Of a stretch of DNA of 64,000 bases, positions 58,814 through 64,000 are shown piece by piece. The DNA is taken from NCBI GenBank assembly GCA_019828565.1, contig JAHDYR010000038.1:1252552-1316551 (forward strand), in the 5' to 3' direction. A program made the position numbers and the translations under genes. Origin of the DNA: Carpediemonas membranifera BICM (Eukaryota; Protista; Fornicata). A model generated the notes under the pieces. The model searched no databases, was not told the origin of the DNA, and saw only the letters and a list, made by a program, of their open reading frames with translations. Position 1 is the first letter of the stretch; each line of letters opens with the position of its first letter.

Positions 58814-59249
58814 GTTGGCGCCCTTGCACGACCTGCTCTTGAACTTCTGCGCGTAGTAGCGATGCGGGTGCGCCGTGCCGTCTGCGCAGTAGTGGTGGCA
58901 GTGGCCGGCGACCTTGGTCACGCCGCTAGTGTACGGGAAGCACGCGAGCGACGGGCTTCCAAAGAACTCGAGATACTCGTATGCGCGCTTCGGGTAGCCC
59001 CCGTGGCACCCGAGCTGGCCCGCGAAGTCGCACGCGACGAGGTCCTGGGGCGAGAGCAGGCTCTTCTTGCCCGTCTTGATGCAGAAGCGGTCGCTCAGCG
59101 CGGTCGAGCTGCCGAACGCCCAGCAGCTGCCGCACTGGCCCTGGTTGAGGACGTAGTCGAGGCAGTGCGGCTCGAGCTCGCGCCAGTCAAGGGAGTCGCC
59201 GAGCTGCTCGGCGGGCAGGGCCTCCACGGCGCCCAGCAGCTCGATGCTC
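58814..59249 (-). pseudogene. Near-identical ~435-bp inverted copy of the cathepsin B core (39269-39704)
   Basis: Sequence identity to the full gene; lacks the signal peptide, most of the propeptide, and the catalytic His/Asn half. Confidence 0.88.
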
Positions 59250-59386
59250 AGTCTACTCATTCTCCAACGATTGGGGCCTTTCGATTGCTGATTCTGAGTT
59301 GTGCTATTGAAGGGCCCAACAATGTGTTTATACTGCGCAACATGAGTCGGGCAGTTTTAGGTTCTTCACGCGCTGAATTTCCAAGA

Positions 59387-61503
59387 ATGGCTGATTGGGT
59401 TGACGAAGCCGAGAAGGTAGCTGAAGAACTAAAAATTCTAGCCAATGAGGCAATGAAGCGCGGTGATCTCACCGCAGCACTCGATGGATACACTGCGGCA
59501 ATCAACGAGCGCTGCTACAACCCCGAGCTGAATTCCATGCTCTATTCCAACCGCGCACAGGTATATCTCCATCAGAAGAACTTTCAAAAGTGCGTTGACG
59601 ACAGCCATCACGCCGTCTCACTGAACCCAGCCAATTTCAAAGGTATGCCTCCTCCACAACCACTAACACAGGCTGGCACCGCAAATCCCGCGGCCTCATC
59701 GAGCTTGGGGATATGGACGCTGCAGTTAAGGTGATGCACGACGCGCAGCTCCACATCCCGGACCACAAACGGCAGGCCCTGTTCCTACACCAGCAGCAGC
59801 GGTACGCCGCCACCACCACGGCTGGCAAGGCTCTCCTCAAGGCTATCGGGCTCATCTACGAGTGCAAAGACCTCGCCCCCCAATGTACTGAGCTGGTTGC
59901 CCGACTCACCTCCGTTGCCTCGCAGTACGCGGACTACAGCCTCATCCCAACCCCGCGGCCCGCGGCCCAGGCATGCCCTACTATAGAGGAGATCAAGCTC
60001 CTGTTGGCCTCTGCCGTGCCTCAGCTCCAGGACCTCTGTCCCGCCGTGGCGATGCAGGTTGTTGAGTTCATCAACGACATTCACGCGCCAATCCTGACAC
60101 AGGCGACCGATGAGATCCAGCCGAGTGTGAGCATGGATATCCCCCTGAGCGAGGGCCAGAAGCTGCCTGAGCGTGTCTTCACGCTGCTCCAGGGCACGAT
60201 TTGGGCGATCATGCTCGAGGCGGGTGCGGACCCCGACCTCTACACGCCCACCGCATCCCAGCGCCCAGAGACCCGCGCCGCCTACCCCCCGTATGCCAAA
60301 CACCTCTGGTTCCTCTGCAAGAAGTTCTTCTTCGTCCACCAGGAGACTGACCGAGTCGGTGCAGTCGTGCCTGAGGACTCATACGCACTTTACCACGGCC
60401 ACTTCTTCACCACCACTAGAAGTGAGTACTCGGTCGCCACACCCAACCGAGAAGTCCGAGGGGCATATAGGCGAGTCCGGTGCCACCGGGTGACCCAGCT
60501 CCACGGCGACGGCCCCTCCTACCTCCTGGTCACGTCCCACGGCCTCTACGGTCTGGGCGATAACAGCCAGGGCCAGCTGGGACTTGGGTCATTGCGGAGC
60601 AGGATCATTGTCCCCTCACTGGTCTCATTCAGAGGGGTGCCAGCTCTCCAGCGTCTGGTCGATAGTCTCCCCGTGTTCAGAAAGCACGAGCCGTTCAGGA
60701 GAATATGGCGGAGTCATGAGATTAGCGCTATTGAGACTACTGTCGGCGTCGTGGCGGCCGGTAACAACACGTTTGGACAGCTCGGGGTGGACCACACCAA
60801 ACCAGTCACCCGCTTCGCCAAGGTCCCACTACCCCCGGGTCTAAACATCGACACGGTCTTCCTCAACCCGTATAACGGGCTCATTCGGACGGCCGACTCC
60901 TCCTGGCTTGCCACAGGGTCGAACCACAAGGGGCTGTGCGGGGTGGGTCGGGTCGGCGATCTGACACTATTCACGGAGGTCAGGGGGAAGTGGACGGATA
61001 TCGTGCAGTTCCCGTGCTACTCAATCTTCGTTTCTGTCGAGCGGGGCGAGGTGGCCTTTGCAGGGTCGGCCGAGCTGCTTCCCCCGCCAAGCATCAGGTG
61101 CTTCCTGAGGCCGTGCCTGCCTGAGAACAAGACGTACTTCACCACGCCGACCCCGCTCCGGTTCCCGTGGCCGGTATCGGCCTTCTGCATCTCAGTTGAT
61201 GCAATCTATGCGAGAAGAGCGGACAACGGAAAGTGGATGGGCCTCGGCCCCAACGAGGCTGGCGGCCTCGGGGTGGGCAGCGAGCAGCCCGAGGTCAGCT
61301 CATGGCTGCCGCTCCAGCTGGACTCATTCCTCGAGGTCGCAGTCATTCCCGGGCCCGCGCGACTGTTTATAGGCATGACCGGCATGCATATTGCGGGCAA
61401 GGTGGGTGGGTCGAGCATTTCTACACCCATGCTCGTGCCCCTGAACGATAGCTGGCGGCTGGCGGCTGGTGGTCTTGATATGGGCCACATCTGGGAGTTT
61501 TAG
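59387..61503 (+). CDS. TPR (TTC4/Cns1-like) plus RCC1-like repeat protein; intron 59643-59671
   Basis: LYSNRAQ TPR motif; the 29-nt intron gives FKGWHRK. RCC1-like repeats GDNSQGQLGLG, GNNTFGQLG, GSNHKGLCG and GPNEAGGLG. Confidence 0.8.
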
Positions 61504-61578
61504 ATAAAGCGCAGTATTTACTGGGACTAGGGTGAGGGTCACCCCAGCTTAATAACCGAATTTATGAGCCATGGCTTG

Positions 61579-62283
61579 TCACCTTTTCTTGTAAGTGCAG
61601 GCCTTGAGTTCGGGGAACTTTCCCAGTCGCCCCTTGCCGTCATAGCCCGCGAATTTCATCAAGACGAAGTAGTCGCGGTCGTCTAAGCTCGAGAGCTTGA
61701 AGCCACTGGCGATCACTGCCTCGACGAAAGCATCTTTCGTCCTCCCAGCCATACGAGACGACACCTCGGCAATGATGAGACGCCCGCCCTTCCTGAGACA
61801 CCGGCACGCTTCTTTGATGAACTGAGCATAGTTTGGCCCCATCAAGCTGAGAGAAAAGACGGCTACGTCGAGGACGCCCGTGTCGAGGGGGACGTTGGAG
61901 ATGTCGCAGGGGGTTACTCGGTCGTTGATGGCAACCATGTCGAAGGAGTGAACTGTATGCTTGGCGGATAGGCGCTCGGCAAGAGCAGCGTCGCCGCATC
62001 CAAAGTCTCCAATCACAAGGCCCTTCGAACTGCTCAATTCCTTGATGATCAGCTCTAGCGGGCGCACAGGCCACTTCTCAACCTGCGATCGATACCCTCT
62101 GTGGTATATATGGAGGAGCTCCTCGTCCTTGTCGACCATGGTCTTGATTTCATCGCTTTTCGTCGTGTAGAACATCTCGTTCAGCATACGAAAGCGTCCC
62201 TGGTCTAGTTTCTGTTTCATAGTTTGTTTTAACCCCTCGGGCTTCTTCTTCTGGACATTCCCAGCCCGCTTGACCTTTCCCAT
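61579..62283 (-). CDS. RRP8: rRNA adenine-N1 methyltransferase RRP8
   Basis: RFRMLNE.FYT, YHRGYRSQVEKWP, DFGCGDA, FSLSLMG, AEVSSR, C.YKKR. Confidence 0.93.
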   Translation of the reverse strand: MGKVKRAGNVQKKKPEGLKQTMKQKLDQGRFRMLNEMFYTTKSDEIKTMVDKDEELLHIYHRGYRSQVEKWPVRPLELIIKELSSSKGLVIGDFGCGDAALAERLSAKHTVHSFDMVAINDRVTPCDISNVPLDTGVLDVAVFSLSLMGPNYAQFIKEACRCLRKGGRLIIAEVSSRMAGRTKDAFVEAVIASGFKLSSLDDRDYFVLMKFAGYDGKGRLGKFPELKACTYKKR

Positions 62284-62593
62284 CTAATCTCAATTGACGA
62301 GTTCAAAGAGAGACGGGCGATTCGGGTGAGTCCTGACCACTATTCGCGAGCTTGTCGCGATCCCTGCCCATTCCTCGTCTTTTAATCTCTGTTCTGCCAG
62401 TACTCTGTCCAAACGACCGCACTCAACCCAGGTGTCAAATCCCAAAATTCTCGAAATCATTCCAGGGCAACCCAGCAGGGAGCCCTTTCCACCGTTCCCC
62501 AGTCCCACATACGATCTCTTACGCTTTGATCCGTTGCGTACCGGCGATGAACGAATTGACACGTGTCATCCAGAAAATCGTAGTACTGCAAAG

Positions 62594-64000
62594 ATGATCG
62601 AAACTTTGGCAACTAAGGCATATTTGGACCAGGTATGTTTCCTCTGACCTGCTTTATTCAGAAGACTGGTACCTCCGGGCTCCGTAAGAAGACCTCTGTG
62701 TTCATGCAGGAAAACTACATGGCCAACTGGATCGAAAGCCTCTTCAGCGCCATGAAGGAGAACGGTATTGGCTTTGACGGCACTCTTGTTGTTGGCGGTG
62801 ATGGCCGCTACGGCAACGAGCTGGCCATCGATCTGATCATCAAGATCGGTGTCGCCCGCGGCTTCAAGCGCATCCTCGTCGGCCAGCACGGTCTCATGAG
62901 CACACCTGCCCTCTCCGCTGTTGTTCGCGACCAGAAGGCACTCGGCGGCATCATCCTGACCGCGTCTCACAACCCGGGCGGGAAGAACGGCGATATGGGC
63001 ATGAAATTCAACCCCACAAACGGCGGCCCCGCTCCCGAGTCTTTTACTGACATCATCTACAAGCATACGACGCAGATCACCGAGATCTCCATGGAGACTT
63101 CCGCCAGAGTCGACATCCACGTTCTCGGCACCACCACCATCGGATCAACCGTGGTGGAGGTAACAGACCCTACCGCCACCTACGCCGAGCTGATGCAGAC
63201 CATCTTTGACTTCGACGCAATCCGCGCCCTTGCCAAAACTGCGGGCTTCAAGTTCTTCTTCGACGGCATGCACGGTGTCACCGGCCCCTACGCCCAGCGC
63301 ATATTCGGTGAGATCCTCGGCTTCCCGTCCTCCTTCCTGCTCCGCTGTGACCCCAAGCCCGACTTTGGCGGTCTCCATCCCGACCCCAACCTGACATACG
63401 CCAAGGACCTCGTAGAGCTCTGCTACGCTGACAACAAGGTCACCGTGGCTGCTGCTAGCGATGGCGATGGCGACAGGAACATGATTCTTGGCGACAACTT
63501 CTTCGTGACCCCATCTGACTCGGTGGCAGTCATCGCCGACAAACACCAGGCCATTCCCTACTTCAAGAACGGTCTCAAGGGTGTGGCGCGGTCCATGCCA
63601 ACTTCTGCTGCCCTCGACGTTGTGGCCAAGAAGTTGAACCTCGAGGTCAACTCCACTCCGACAGGCTGGAAGTTCTTCACCAACCTCATGGACGCCGACC
63701 GCTGCTCCATCTGCGGCGAGGAGTCCTTCGGCACTTCTTCTGACCACATCAGGGAGAAGGACGGCCTCTGGGCGGTGCTGGCCTGGCTCAACATCATCGC
63801 CGTAGCCCGCCAGACCGACCCCACCGTCACAGTGCAGACTATCGTCGAGAGCTTCTGGCGTGAGAACGGCCGTAATGCGTACCAGCGCCTCGACTACGAG
63901 GCTCTCACCACCGAGCAGGGAAAGGCCGTCATGGACGCCGCCGCCGCTGCTGAGGGCGCCGTCGACTTCAGGTACGTCGACCCCGTTGATGGTTCCGTCG
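62594..64000 (+). CDS. PGM1: Phosphoglucomutase (3' end outside the window); intron 62633-62661
   Basis: DQ|KTGTSGLRKK after splicing; GGDGRY, TASHNPGG, DGDGDR, GEESFG, REKDG. Confidence 0.95.

Noticed and set aside
1-64000. CRISPR arrays, retrons, DGRs, group II introns, rRNA or tRNA genes; antisense shadow ORFs
   Set aside because: None recognised. All RTs are eukaryotic retrotransposon types, and the long antisense ORFs are by-products of high GC3.

Overview
Eukaryotic genomic DNA from a compact, GC-rich protist genome with tiny (29-32 nt) GT-AG introns and very short intergenic spacers. The gene style suggests a fornicate/metamonad such as Carpediemonas, but that is inference. The window has two halves. 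(1) About 1-29.5 kb is a retrotransposon island. It holds two DIRS-like fragments, a decayed CRE-like RT/RLE element split into two pieces, and five APE-type non-LTR elements nested in each other. Four target-site duplications resolve the nesting: A contains C, C contains D, D contains B1, and B2 is inserted separately in A. Two divergent LINE lineages (A and B) carry a Maelstrom/arenavirus-NP-like DEDDh exonuclease upstream of APE-RT, and A also has an OTU-like protease. This is a candidate transposon-encoded anti-silencing module and the most interesting system here. (2) About 29.7-64 kb is dense with housekeeping genes: katanin p80-like, MTR4, saposin-like, PAS membrane protein, cathepsin B, OYE, Rav1/DMXL, MCM6/MCM2 head-to-head, a ZYP1-like coiled-coil protein, GAS2-like, RPB3, RIO1, TPR-RCC1, RRP8 and PGM. 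All family assignments are motif recognition by eye; no database search was run.
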